From the NCBI GenBank assembly GCA_045652815.1, contig JAZOLH010000037.1:691-64690 (forward strand): 64,000 bases of DNA, in the 5' to 3' direction. Both the position numbers and the translations under genes were made by a program. Below, one piece after another: positions 27,333 to 35,001 of the stretch. The stretch is from Clostridia bacterium (lineage in GTDB: Bacteria > Bacillota > Clostridia > UBA1381 > UBA9506). Within the stretch, counting starts at the first letter, position 1. Each line of letters begins with the position of its first letter. The notes under the pieces are model-generated. The model saw only the letters and a program-made list of their open reading frames with translations, ran no database searches and had not been told where the DNA came from.

Positions 27333-28400
27333 ATGCGAAAACTTCAGGTTTCACTTGGTGAAAGAAGTTACGATATTTTAATAGAAAAAGGCATTTTGGA
27401 AGCCTGTGGCGCGCGGATTGCCGCGACTTGCAAGGCAGAGCGGGCTTTGATTGTCACCGATGATACGGTGGGTGGTCTTTATGCTGATAGAGTTAAGGCG
27501 TCCTTGATTGCCGAAGGATACGATGTAAAAGTTGTCAGCTTTGCGGCCGGTGAAGGTTCTAAGAGTTTGGAAAGTGCACAAAGGTTGTATCAGGCCGCTT
27601 TTGATTTCGGGATGACCCGTTCCGATGTGGCGGTTGCCTTAGGTGGCGGTGTGATTGGTGATTTAACGGGCTTTTTTGCCGCAACCTTGTATCGTGGCAT
27701 TCCCTTTATTCAAATTCCCACAACGCTTTTGGCTCAGGTGGATAGTTCCGTTGGCGGTAAAACAGGTGTGAATGTGCCTGCGGGTAAAAATCTTGTAGGT
27801 AGTTTTTATCAGCCCAAATTGGTATTGATTGATCCCGAAACCCTTGCCAGTCTGCCTGATGCAGATTTTGCCGATGGTATGGCAGAAGTGATTAAATACG
27901 GTTGTATTTGCGATAAAAACCTGTTTTCGCATCTGGCAGAGCAGGGAAGTCGCAGGGCGCTTTCCGAAACGCTTGAAGACGTGATTTTCACTTGCTGTGA
28001 TGCTAAGCGGAAACTGGTGGAAGAAGATGAGCACGATACGGGAGACCGTATGCTGTTAAACTTTGGGCATACCTTAGGTCACGTGATCGAAAAGGTCTTT
28101 GGTTTTAAAACCTATACTCACGGTCAGGCTGTAGCAATCGGTATGGTGCTGGCGGCAAAACTCAGCGAGAGAAAAGGCTTAATCAAAACAGAGGATGTTG
28201 GCGCTATTACCAATCTTATCAAACAATTCGACTTGCCGACGGAGGTGAAACTGCCTGATGGTTGGGAAGAAACCATCTTACTCGATAAGAAAATGGACGA
28301 TGCAGGTCTTCGCTTTGTTTTATTAGATGCTATCGGTCACGCCTTTTACGAACGACTGAATCCGAAAGAATTGGTGGAGCAAATCAAAACATTTTTATAA
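27333..28400 (+). CDS. aroB: 3-dehydroquinate synthase
   Basis: GGGVIGDLTGF NAD motif and metal ligands (HTLGH). Confidence 0.92.
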   Translation: MRKLQVSLGERSYDILIEKGILEACGARIAATCKAERALIVTDDTVGGLYADRVKASLIAEGYDVKVVSFAAGEGSKSLESAQRLYQAAFDFGMTRSDVAVALGGGVIGDLTGFFAATLYRGIPFIQIPTTLLAQVDSSVGGKTGVNVPAGKNLVGSFYQPKLVLIDPETLASLPDADFADGMAEVIKYGCICDKNLFSHLAEQGSRRALSETLEDVIFTCCDAKRKLVEEDEHDTGDRMLLNFGHTLGHVIEKVFGFKTYTHGQAVAIGMVLAAKLSERKGLIKTEDVGAITNLIKQFDLPTEVKLPDGWEETILLDKKMDDAGLRFVLLDAIGHAFYERLNPKELVEQIKTFL

Positions 28401-28409
28401 AAAGACATA

Positions 28410-28449
28410 AAAAAAGAGCAACCAAATCGGTTGCTCTTTTATTTTTTTA
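28410..28449. terminator. Bidirectional terminator (aroB / NlpC-P60 gene)
   Basis: Stem GAGCAACC, loop aaatc, stem GGTTGCTC, with flanking A- and T-runs. Confidence 0.8.
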
Positions 28450-28450
28450 A

Positions 28451-29134
28451 TTATCGGATGATTCTTCTTGCAGCATAGTAACAATCGTTGTAATAACCGC
28501 TTACGATGCTTGTGTATTTAACAACATCGCCTGTCTGGGGAGAGTGAATCAGCATACCGTCGCCAACATAAATACCAACGTGATGAACGTATGTATTACC
28601 AGCGCGTTTAAACAGAACCAAGTCGCCGGGGCGCAGTTCGTTTTTGTTAACGGGGATACCGTTTGCCAGCTGGTCGTGTGCTACACGATTTAAAGTGTAA
28701 CCCATCTGACGGTAAACGAAAGATGTGAAACCGGAGCAGTCAAAGCCGGAGGGAGAAGAACCACCGTATACATAGGGCGTTCCCAGATACTGCTTTGCAA
28801 TCTGCACGATTCTGTTGCCGCCGGTAAACTGACCACGGGCAGCCACATCTTCGGGACGAATGCTCACATAATCGGCACAGATGAAAGCGGTTTTGCCGCC
28901 GCCAAGACCGATTTTATACCAGTTATTAACGCGAGCATAAACATCCATTGTGATGCCGGCATCAACACGGTCAACGATTTCAAAGTTTGTGCCTGCGCCG
29001 GAGCGGATGTTAACAGAATAAGCTGTAACAACACCGATGCAAGGGTAAGATTCTGCACTGACAACCGGGGCAGAAAGGCTTAAAACAAGCGCTAAAACTG
29101 CAACCAGCACAGCCAGTTTCTTCTGTATATGCAT
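28451..29134 (-). CDS. Secreted SH3-domain + NlpC/P60 (C40) peptidoglycan endopeptidase
   Basis: Signal peptide MHIQKKLAVLVAVLALVLSLSAPVVSA, an SH3b-like segment, the catalytic DCSGF motif and HHVGIYVG. GGAGGAAC RBS before ATG 29134. Confidence 0.88.
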   Translation of the reverse strand: MHIQKKLAVLVAVLALVLSLSAPVVSAESYPCIGVVTAYSVNIRSGAGTNFEIVDRVDAGITMDVYARVNNWYKIGLGGGKTAFICADYVSIRPEDVAARGQFTGGNRIVQIAKQYLGTPYVYGGSSPSGFDCSGFTSFVYRQMGYTLNRVAHDQLANGIPVNKNELRPGDLVLFKRAGNTYVHHVGIYVGDGMLIHSPQTGDVVKYTSIVSGYYNDCYYAARRIIR

Positions 29135-29350
29135 AATAAATGTTCCTCCAAAAATCTTTTGTAAAACAATATTACAATGTTCATTATACTCGAAAATAAC
29201 AAAAAAGTCAACCGTTTTTAAAACTTTTTTAACAATTTCGTAGCAATTGTAACATTTTTGGCCCGAAATCACGGTTAAAACGAGAGCACAGTCCGTTTTA
29301 TAGGACAGGTTGAATGTTATACTTAAAATATCAAAAAGGAGGAGATTTTG

Positions 29351-29785
29351 ATGAGACGTCGAAGTAAATATGGGACAGATAAGTCCGTTGAAACACTGGT
29401 GGGATTTTTGGCACTGATCGGATTGCCGATATACATTATGGTGCTTTATCCGATTGTTTTCTGGGTTCTGCTTGTGCTTGTTCTGATTGGTGTTGCGGGC
29501 GGGATTGCCTATTATATTAAGAAACATTCCGCCAAGGTTCAACCTGTGGGAGTGGCAGCGTTTGACGACGAGTTTGATGATGAATTTGGCGACGATGAGG
29601 ATACTGCTAAGGGCGTTTCCTTTTTTGATTGGGGAGAGTCGGAGAAAAAACATAACGGCAGATGTGACGGCGATTGTGCCAACTGTCCGCCACATTATGG
29701 CTATCGTCATGGCAGATGGTATTATGGTCACGACCATATAGAAGGTTGCGAATTCGGCGGTAACCGCGGTGGCGGTGGTATATAA
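29351..29785 (+). CDS. Hypothetical small membrane protein with an acidic linker and a Cys/His/Gly-rich C-terminus
   Basis: AGGAGGAG RBS 6 nt before ATG 29351. Two predicted TM helices, then DDEFDDEFGDDED, then CDGDCANCPPHYGYRHGRWYYGHDHIEGC...GGGG. Confidence 0.55.
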   Translation: MRRRSKYGTDKSVETLVGFLALIGLPIYIMVLYPIVFWVLLVLVLIGVAGGIAYYIKKHSAKVQPVGVAAFDDEFDDEFGDDEDTAKGVSFFDWGESEKKHNGRCDGDCANCPPHYGYRHGRWYYGHDHIEGCEFGGNRGGGGI

Positions 29786-29850
29786 AAATCACATTTTGTC
29801 AAAATTACCAAAAATTTAAACTAAATTTTATATAAAATGAAAAACAACTT

Positions 29851-29882
29851 TAGAAAAAATAAAGTTGTTTTTTGTTTTTGTA
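29851..29882 (+). terminator. Putative AT-rich terminator hairpin
   Basis: AAAACAACTTTA ... TAAAGTTGTTTTTTG downstream of 29785. Confidence 0.5.
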
Positions 29883-29955
29883 TGTGTTATAATCAACATA
29901 TAGTGTTTTGAAAAAACAAAGCACACAAGATTTCTAATTTTAAGGAGGAATCACT

Positions 29956-31317
29956 TTGGAAAAACTGTTCAAAATCAAAGAACGTGGCAGTAGTGTCAAA
30001 ACCGAAATCATTGCCGGTATCACAACATTCTTAGCAATGTCTTACATTCTGGCAGTTAACCCCGGTTATCTGGGTGGCATCCCCGGCGCATCTGCTGCAG
30101 GCGTATTCATGGCAACCGCTCTTTCCGCTGCAATTGCTACTCTGTGTATGGCATTCTTTGCTAACTACCCCGTAGCTCTGGCTTCCGGTATGGGCCTCAA
30201 TGCATTCTTTGCATTCACTGTTTGTGGTGCTATGGGCTATTCTTATGAAGTTGCTCTGACCGCAATCTTAATTGAAGGTATCATCTTCATGATTCTTTCA
30301 ATCTTCAAATTCCGTGAAGCTCTGGTTAACAAAATTCCGAACAACTTAAAATACGGTATCACTGCCGGTATTGGTCTGTTCATCGCAATCATTGCTTTAA
30401 TCAACGCTAAAATCGTTGTTGCTGACCCCGCAACCACCGTTGCTCTGGGTAGTCTGGCATCTCCTGGCGTTGTTTTAGCTCTGGTTGGTCTGTTAATTAT
30501 CGGCGTTCTGCAGTACTTCAAAGTGCCCGGCGGCATCCTGCTGGGTATCCTCATCACATGGGTACTGGGTATCGTTGCTGAACTGGTTGGCTGGTATGTA
30601 GTTGATCCCGCAGCTGGCGTTTACTCCGTAATCCCCAACCTGTCTTGGGACGCAATCAAAGCAAACTTTGCAGCACCTGCACTGTTCAAATTTGACTTTG
30701 CATTCATCGGCAAAAACTTCTTTAGTTTTGCAATCGTTGTATTCACATTCTTATACACCGATATCTTCGATACCGTTGGTACCTTAATCGGCGTTGCTCA
30801 GAAGGGCGATCTGCTGGATGAAAACGGCGAACTGCCCAAAGCCGGTGGCGCGCTGATGGCTGACGCTGTTGGTACTGTTGTTGGTGCTTGTCTGGGTACT
30901 TCTACCGTAACAAGTTACGTAGAATCCAGTGCTGGTGTAGCAGCAGGTGGTAAAACCGGTCTGACCGCAGTGACAACTGCAGTTATGTTCCTGATTGCTA
31001 TCATCTTTGCTCCTATCTTCCTGGCAATCCCCAGTTTTGCAACCACTCCTGCAATGCTGTACGTTGCACTCTTAATGCTGTCTTCTGTTAAGAAGGTAGA
31101 CTTTGATGGCGATGCTGCTGACGTTATCGGCGCATTCTTAGCTATCGTTATGATGCCCCTGACTTACTCCATCGCTAACGGTATTATGTTTGGTATCTTA
31201 GCATGGGTAATCCTGAAACTTCTGTGTGGTAAAGCAAAAGACATCAGCGGTGTAATGTGGATTTCCGTTGTTCTGTTTGCTGCTTATATCGCATTAAAAG
31301 TTATGGGCTTAGCATAA
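29956..31317 (+). CDS. NCS2/AzgA-family purine (adenine/guanine/hypoxanthine) permease
   Basis: 453-aa polytopic protein, N-terminus MEKLFKIKERGSSVKTEIIAGITTFLAMSYILAVNP, typical of PbuG/AzgA. AGGAGG RBS with TTG start. Optimised codon usage. Confidence 0.88.
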   Translation: MEKLFKIKERGSSVKTEIIAGITTFLAMSYILAVNPGYLGGIPGASAAGVFMATALSAAIATLCMAFFANYPVALASGMGLNAFFAFTVCGAMGYSYEVALTAILIEGIIFMILSIFKFREALVNKIPNNLKYGITAGIGLFIAIIALINAKIVVADPATTVALGSLASPGVVLALVGLLIIGVLQYFKVPGGILLGILITWVLGIVAELVGWYVVDPAAGVYSVIPNLSWDAIKANFAAPALFKFDFAFIGKNFFSFAIVVFTFLYTDIFDTVGTLIGVAQKGDLLDENGELPKAGGALMADAVGTVVGACLGTSTVTSYVESSAGVAAGGKTGLTAVTTAVMFLIAIIFAPIFLAIPSFATTPAMLYVALLMLSSVKKVDFDGDAADVIGAFLAIVMMPLTYSIANGIMFGILAWVILKLLCGKAKDISGVMWISVVLFAAYIALKVMGLA

Positions 31318-31355
31318 GATAATTCTGAATTCTTTTTGAAGGGAAGTCATTTCAA

Positions 31356-31916
31356 ATGGATAAGGCATATACCATTGATATAGCAGGTGTTAAAAGGGAT
31401 TTACCCCTGTGCCCGCTGAATGAAAATTTATATATCGGCGCATTCATTATGTTTGGCGACGTGGAACTGACCGAAAAAGCGGCAGCAGCACTCCTTGCCA
31501 AGGCACCGGAGTTTGACATTTTAATCACAGCAGAATCAAAAGGTATTCCGCTTCTTTACGAAATGGCAAGACAGTCCGGCAACAACTATTACATTGTTGC
31601 CAGAAAAGGTCCTAAACTCTACATGAAGAATGTGATTACCACTCAGGTTGATTCTATCACCACCGACCATGTGCAGATTCTCTGCTTAGGCGGCGATGAA
31701 GCAGATGCAATGCGCGGTAAGCGTGTGCTGATCGTGGATGATGTTATCAGTACCGGTGAATCTTTAGCAGCCCTTGAAACCCTCATCAATCAGGTGGGCG
31801 GTAACATCGTGGGCAAAATGGCGGTGCTGGCTGAAGGCGATGCCATCGCAAGAACAGATATTACCTATCTGGCGCCCTTGCCGCTGTTTGATAAAGACGG
31901 TAATCCGATTGAATAA
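31356..31916 (+). CDS. Purine phosphoribosyltransferase-family protein (adenine PRTase-like)
   Basis: PRPP-binding motif VLIVDDVISTGES. Adjacent to the purine permease. Confidence 0.8.
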   Translation: MDKAYTIDIAGVKRDLPLCPLNENLYIGAFIMFGDVELTEKAAAALLAKAPEFDILITAESKGIPLLYEMARQSGNNYYIVARKGPKLYMKNVITTQVDSITTDHVQILCLGGDEADAMRGKRVLIVDDVISTGESLAALETLINQVGGNIVGKMAVLAEGDAIARTDITYLAPLPLFDKDGNPIE

Positions 31917-31927
31917 TAAAAAATTAA

Positions 31928-31961
31928 AGCCAACATCCAAATCGGATGTTGGCTTTTTTTA
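31928..31961. terminator. Bidirectional intrinsic terminator
   Basis: Stem AGCCAACATCC, loop aaatc, stem GGATGTTGGCT, plus a T7 run. Confidence 0.85.
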
Positions 31962-31969
31962 TGTCTTAT

Positions 31970-32833
31970 TTAAAATACAAGCGGCACTAAGATACCGGCG
32001 ATAACAATCAACGAGCAGAGCAGTTTATAAAGGATATTCTTTTCTTTAAAAATCAACCAGCCGGAGAGAACGGACACAATGACGGAGGATTGTTTGATGA
32101 GCGTCATCAAGGTCACCTGACTTTCCGGCATGGCATTGGCACGGAACAGAAGCAAATCGCCGAACACAAGGGAAAGACTCATCAAGGGAATCCAGTAGTT
32201 TGTTTTAATGGATTTAATGGAGATTTTTTCGCGACGCACTAAGAGCACAATGCCATAGATAATGCACATAAAAAGCATAAACCAAAATTGCAACTGCTGG
32301 GGCAGAATGCTCTTCATCAGAATTTTATCCAGCGTGCCCGAGATGGCGTTAAACAGACAGTTCATTAAAACCGCAAAGAGAGCAAAGAGGGTGGCATTAC
32401 CGCCGCTTCCTTTGTTCTTTTTTAAGTTCACAAGCAAAAGACCTGTGATAACAAGCAGAACGCCGATGCACTTTTGCCAGGTAAAACTTTCTCCTAAAAC
32501 GAACACACCCAAAGCGGTGGAGAAGACCATGCGACCTAAATCCATAACGCTGTAAAGACTCAAAGACATCCGCTTTAAAGCCGCTAAAGAGAACAACCAA
32601 GCGATGCAACAAGCGGCGGATTTTAAGAATGCATAAAAAATCTGTGTGCCGCTTAAAGCAAAGGCCACCTTGATATGGGGCAGCGTCATCAAAAAGCCGA
32701 TGAAGGTGTAAAAAAACAATATTTCATTAGCACCCGATTTTTTCAGGGCGGCTTTTTTCATACATTCCCTGCCGCCTTTTAAGAGGGCATAAATCACAAC
32801 TAAATAAATCCACAAGTTTTCCAAGTTTTTCAT
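31970..32833 (-). CDS. EamA/DMT-family transporter
   Basis: 287 aa with about 10 TM segments and the two-EamA-repeat style. Confidence 0.7.
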   Translation of the reverse strand: MKNLENLWIYLVVIYALLKGGRECMKKAALKKSGANEILFFYTFIGFLMTLPHIKVAFALSGTQIFYAFLKSAACCIAWLFSLAALKRMSLSLYSVMDLGRMVFSTALGVFVLGESFTWQKCIGVLLVITGLLLVNLKKNKGSGGNATLFALFAVLMNCLFNAISGTLDKILMKSILPQQLQFWFMLFMCIIYGIVLLVRREKISIKSIKTNYWIPLMSLSLVFGDLLLFRANAMPESQVTLMTLIKQSSVIVSVLSGWLIFKEKNILYKLLCSLIVIAGILVPLVF

Positions 32834-32968
32834 CCTTTTCTTTTTTGCAATGTCTCTATTTTACTACAAATAAAAACAAATTTCAAGGGGAGATAATTGT
32901 TGAAAAAAATGGCAAATGGTGGTATAATATAAAATAGGATATTCTTGAATTGAATTGGAGGGGCTATT

Positions 32969-33850
32969 ATGGCAAAAGAACTTTCAAAAGAAGCACTGAA
33001 AATCGTGAAGAAAATGCAGCAGAGCGAACTGACGGAAAGCGTGATTTATGCTGAAATCGCCAAGTTTGCCAAAGGTGATGAAAATAAAGAAACCTTGCTT
33101 CGTTTGGCAAGGGAAGAAAAGGCGCATTATGAAATCTGGAAGCGTTATACGGGCGTTGAAATGAAACCCGAAAAGCGCAAGGTTTTCAAATATAAATGGA
33201 TTGCCCGCATTTTAGGTTTTACCTTTGCGGTGAAACTGATGGAAAACGGTGAAACAAACGCCCAGTCAGAATATGAATTGCTGGCAAAAGAAGTGGAAGA
33301 AAGCGCTTCCATTCGCGCACAGGAAGAAGAGCACGAAAAAGCACTGCTTGAAATTCTGGATGAAGAAAGTTTGCAGTATGTGGGCAGTATGGTGCTGGGT
33401 ATGAATGATGCGCTGGTGGAACTGACAGGTTCTTTAGCAGGTTTTACCTTTGCTATGCAGAACACCCGCCTGATTGCTCTTGCCGGTCTTATTATGGGTA
33501 TTTCTGCCACATTTTCTATGGCGTCCAGTGAATTTTTGGCGGCAAAAAGTGAAGGCAGAACCGATGCCTTTAAGTCCTGTACTTACACGGGCGTTGCCTA
33601 CCTTGTGACTGTTGCACTTTTGGTGCTTCCGTATCTGCTTCTCGGCAACGAACAATATATGACCGCTCTTGCTGTGATGCTTTGCATCGTTGTTTTAATC
33701 ATCGCAGGATTTACATACTATATTTCTGTTGCTAAAAGCGAAAAATTCCGCCCCAGATTCTTGGAAATGTCCTTAATCAGCATCGGCGTTGCCATCGTTT
33801 CTTTCGGTGTTGGTATTTTAGCAAAGAAATTTTTAGGTGTTGAGTTATAA
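32969..33850 (+). CDS. Ferritin-like (rubrerythrin-type) domain fused to a VIT1/CCC1 iron/manganese transporter domain
   Basis: N-terminal ExxH ferritin-like helices (EEKAHYEIW, EEEHEKAL) and a C-terminal five-TM VIT1-like region. Confidence 0.75.
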   Translation: MAKELSKEALKIVKKMQQSELTESVIYAEIAKFAKGDENKETLLRLAREEKAHYEIWKRYTGVEMKPEKRKVFKYKWIARILGFTFAVKLMENGETNAQSEYELLAKEVEESASIRAQEEEHEKALLEILDEESLQYVGSMVLGMNDALVELTGSLAGFTFAMQNTRLIALAGLIMGISATFSMASSEFLAAKSEGRTDAFKSCTYTGVAYLVTVALLVLPYLLLGNEQYMTALAVMLCIVVLIIAGFTYYISVAKSEKFRPRFLEMSLISIGVAIVSFGVGILAKKFLGVEL

Positions 33851-34758
33851 TGCAGGAACTGTACCCCAATTATTATCATAAATTTAACTGTATTGCAGAC
33901 CGTTGCCGCCATTCTTGTTGCGTTGGTTGGGAAATTGATATAGATGCAGAAACTATGGCACGCTACGAGGCAATAGAGACGCCTATGGGCGATACAATCC
34001 GTAAGCACATTGAGGGAGAAGACCCCCACTTTATTTTAGGTCCGGGGGATAGATGCCCGTTTTTGCAGGAAGACGGTCTTTGCGAACTGATTATCGAATG
34101 TGGTGAAAATGTGCTTTGCGACATTTGCCGCCTGCATCCCCGTTTTCGTAATTTTTATGAAAATGCCGTGGAAACAGGTTTGGGTTTATGCTGTGAGGAA
34201 GCGGCGCGGATTATCCTGACGGAGCAGGAAAAGTTCAAGATTTCTCTCCCGCGGGATACCGACCTTTCGGAAGAGGCATTCTTTGCCATCCGTGATACGA
34301 TTTTTTACATCCTGCAGGAGCGCGAAAAAACCATCTACGACCGTTTTTGCTCTCTGGCAAAGAAGTTTGGCCTGTCCTTTTCGTTCTCGCTAGAAACCTT
34401 GCAAAAAACCTATCTTTCGCTGGAACGGTTGGATGAAGCGTGGACAGATTGTCTGACTACTTTAGATGGCTTTACTTTTGACGAAACAATCTTTCGGGAT
34501 GAGGCCTTTGCCATCCCCTTTGAGCAACTTTGTGTTTATTTCATCTTCCGTCATCTGACTGATGCAATGTGGGACGGAGAGTATGAAAAACGGGTACGCT
34601 TTGCCCTTGTAAGTTGTTATGTTATTGGCGCCCTTTGGGCAAACTGCAAACAAGAAAAAGGCACTCTGACTTTAGAGGATATGGTGGAAATTGTTCGGCT
34701 GTATTCTTCTGAAATCGAATATTCGGAAGAGAACACAGAAACACTAATGAATTTATAA
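33850..34758 (+). CDS. FliB-like (flagellin lysine-N-methylase family) Cys-cluster protein
   Basis: N-terminal YHKFNCIADRCRHSCCVGWEIDID cysteine cluster characteristic of the family. The start overlaps the VIT1 stop (TAATG). Confidence 0.6.
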   Translation: MQELYPNYYHKFNCIADRCRHSCCVGWEIDIDAETMARYEAIETPMGDTIRKHIEGEDPHFILGPGDRCPFLQEDGLCELIIECGENVLCDICRLHPRFRNFYENAVETGLGLCCEEAARIILTEQEKFKISLPRDTDLSEEAFFAIRDTIFYILQEREKTIYDRFCSLAKKFGLSFSFSLETLQKTYLSLERLDEAWTDCLTTLDGFTFDETIFRDEAFAIPFEQLCVYFIFRHLTDAMWDGEYEKRVRFALVSCYVIGALWANCKQEKGTLTLEDMVEIVRLYSSEIEYSEENTETLMNL

Positions 34759-34773
34759 ATTTAGGAGATAACC

Positions 34774-34992
34774 ATGGAAGAACTGATTAAAAAAATTAAT
34801 GCCCTTGCTAAAAAGTCAAGGGAAGAAGGTCTGACTGACGAAGAAAAAGAAGAACAGGCAAAACTTCGCGCGGCCTATATTCAAAAATTCCGTCAAGGGA
34901 TGGAAAACACCCTGAGCAACACCTACATTATGGATGAGCAGGGCAACAAAAAGAAAGTGGAAAAGAAAGGCGGCAACAAGTTTTTGTCGTAA
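34774..34992 (+). CDS. DUF896 (YnzC/UPF0291) family protein
   Basis: 72 aa (INALAKKSREEGLTDEEKEEQAKLRAAYIQKFR), closely YnzC-like. Confidence 0.8.
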   Translation: MEELIKKINALAKKSREEGLTDEEKEEQAKLRAAYIQKFRQGMENTLSNTYIMDEQGNKKKVEKKGGNKFLS

Positions 34993-35001
34993 GCGTTTGA
35001 A

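Noticed and set aside
29135-29737. N-terminal ~200 codons of the 428-aa ORF 28451..29737
   Set aside because: The real NlpC/P60 protein starts at ATG 29134, with a strong RBS and a signal peptide. The upstream extension has no RBS, a low-complexity odd composition, and overlaps the divergent gene 29351..29785.
29786-29955. Purine riboswitch expected upstream of the NCS2 purine permease
   Set aside because: I looked for the conserved core (TATAATCGCG..GGATATGG..., ACCGTAAA-type junction) and found none. The region contains only an AT-rich hairpin and a TGtTATAAT promoter.
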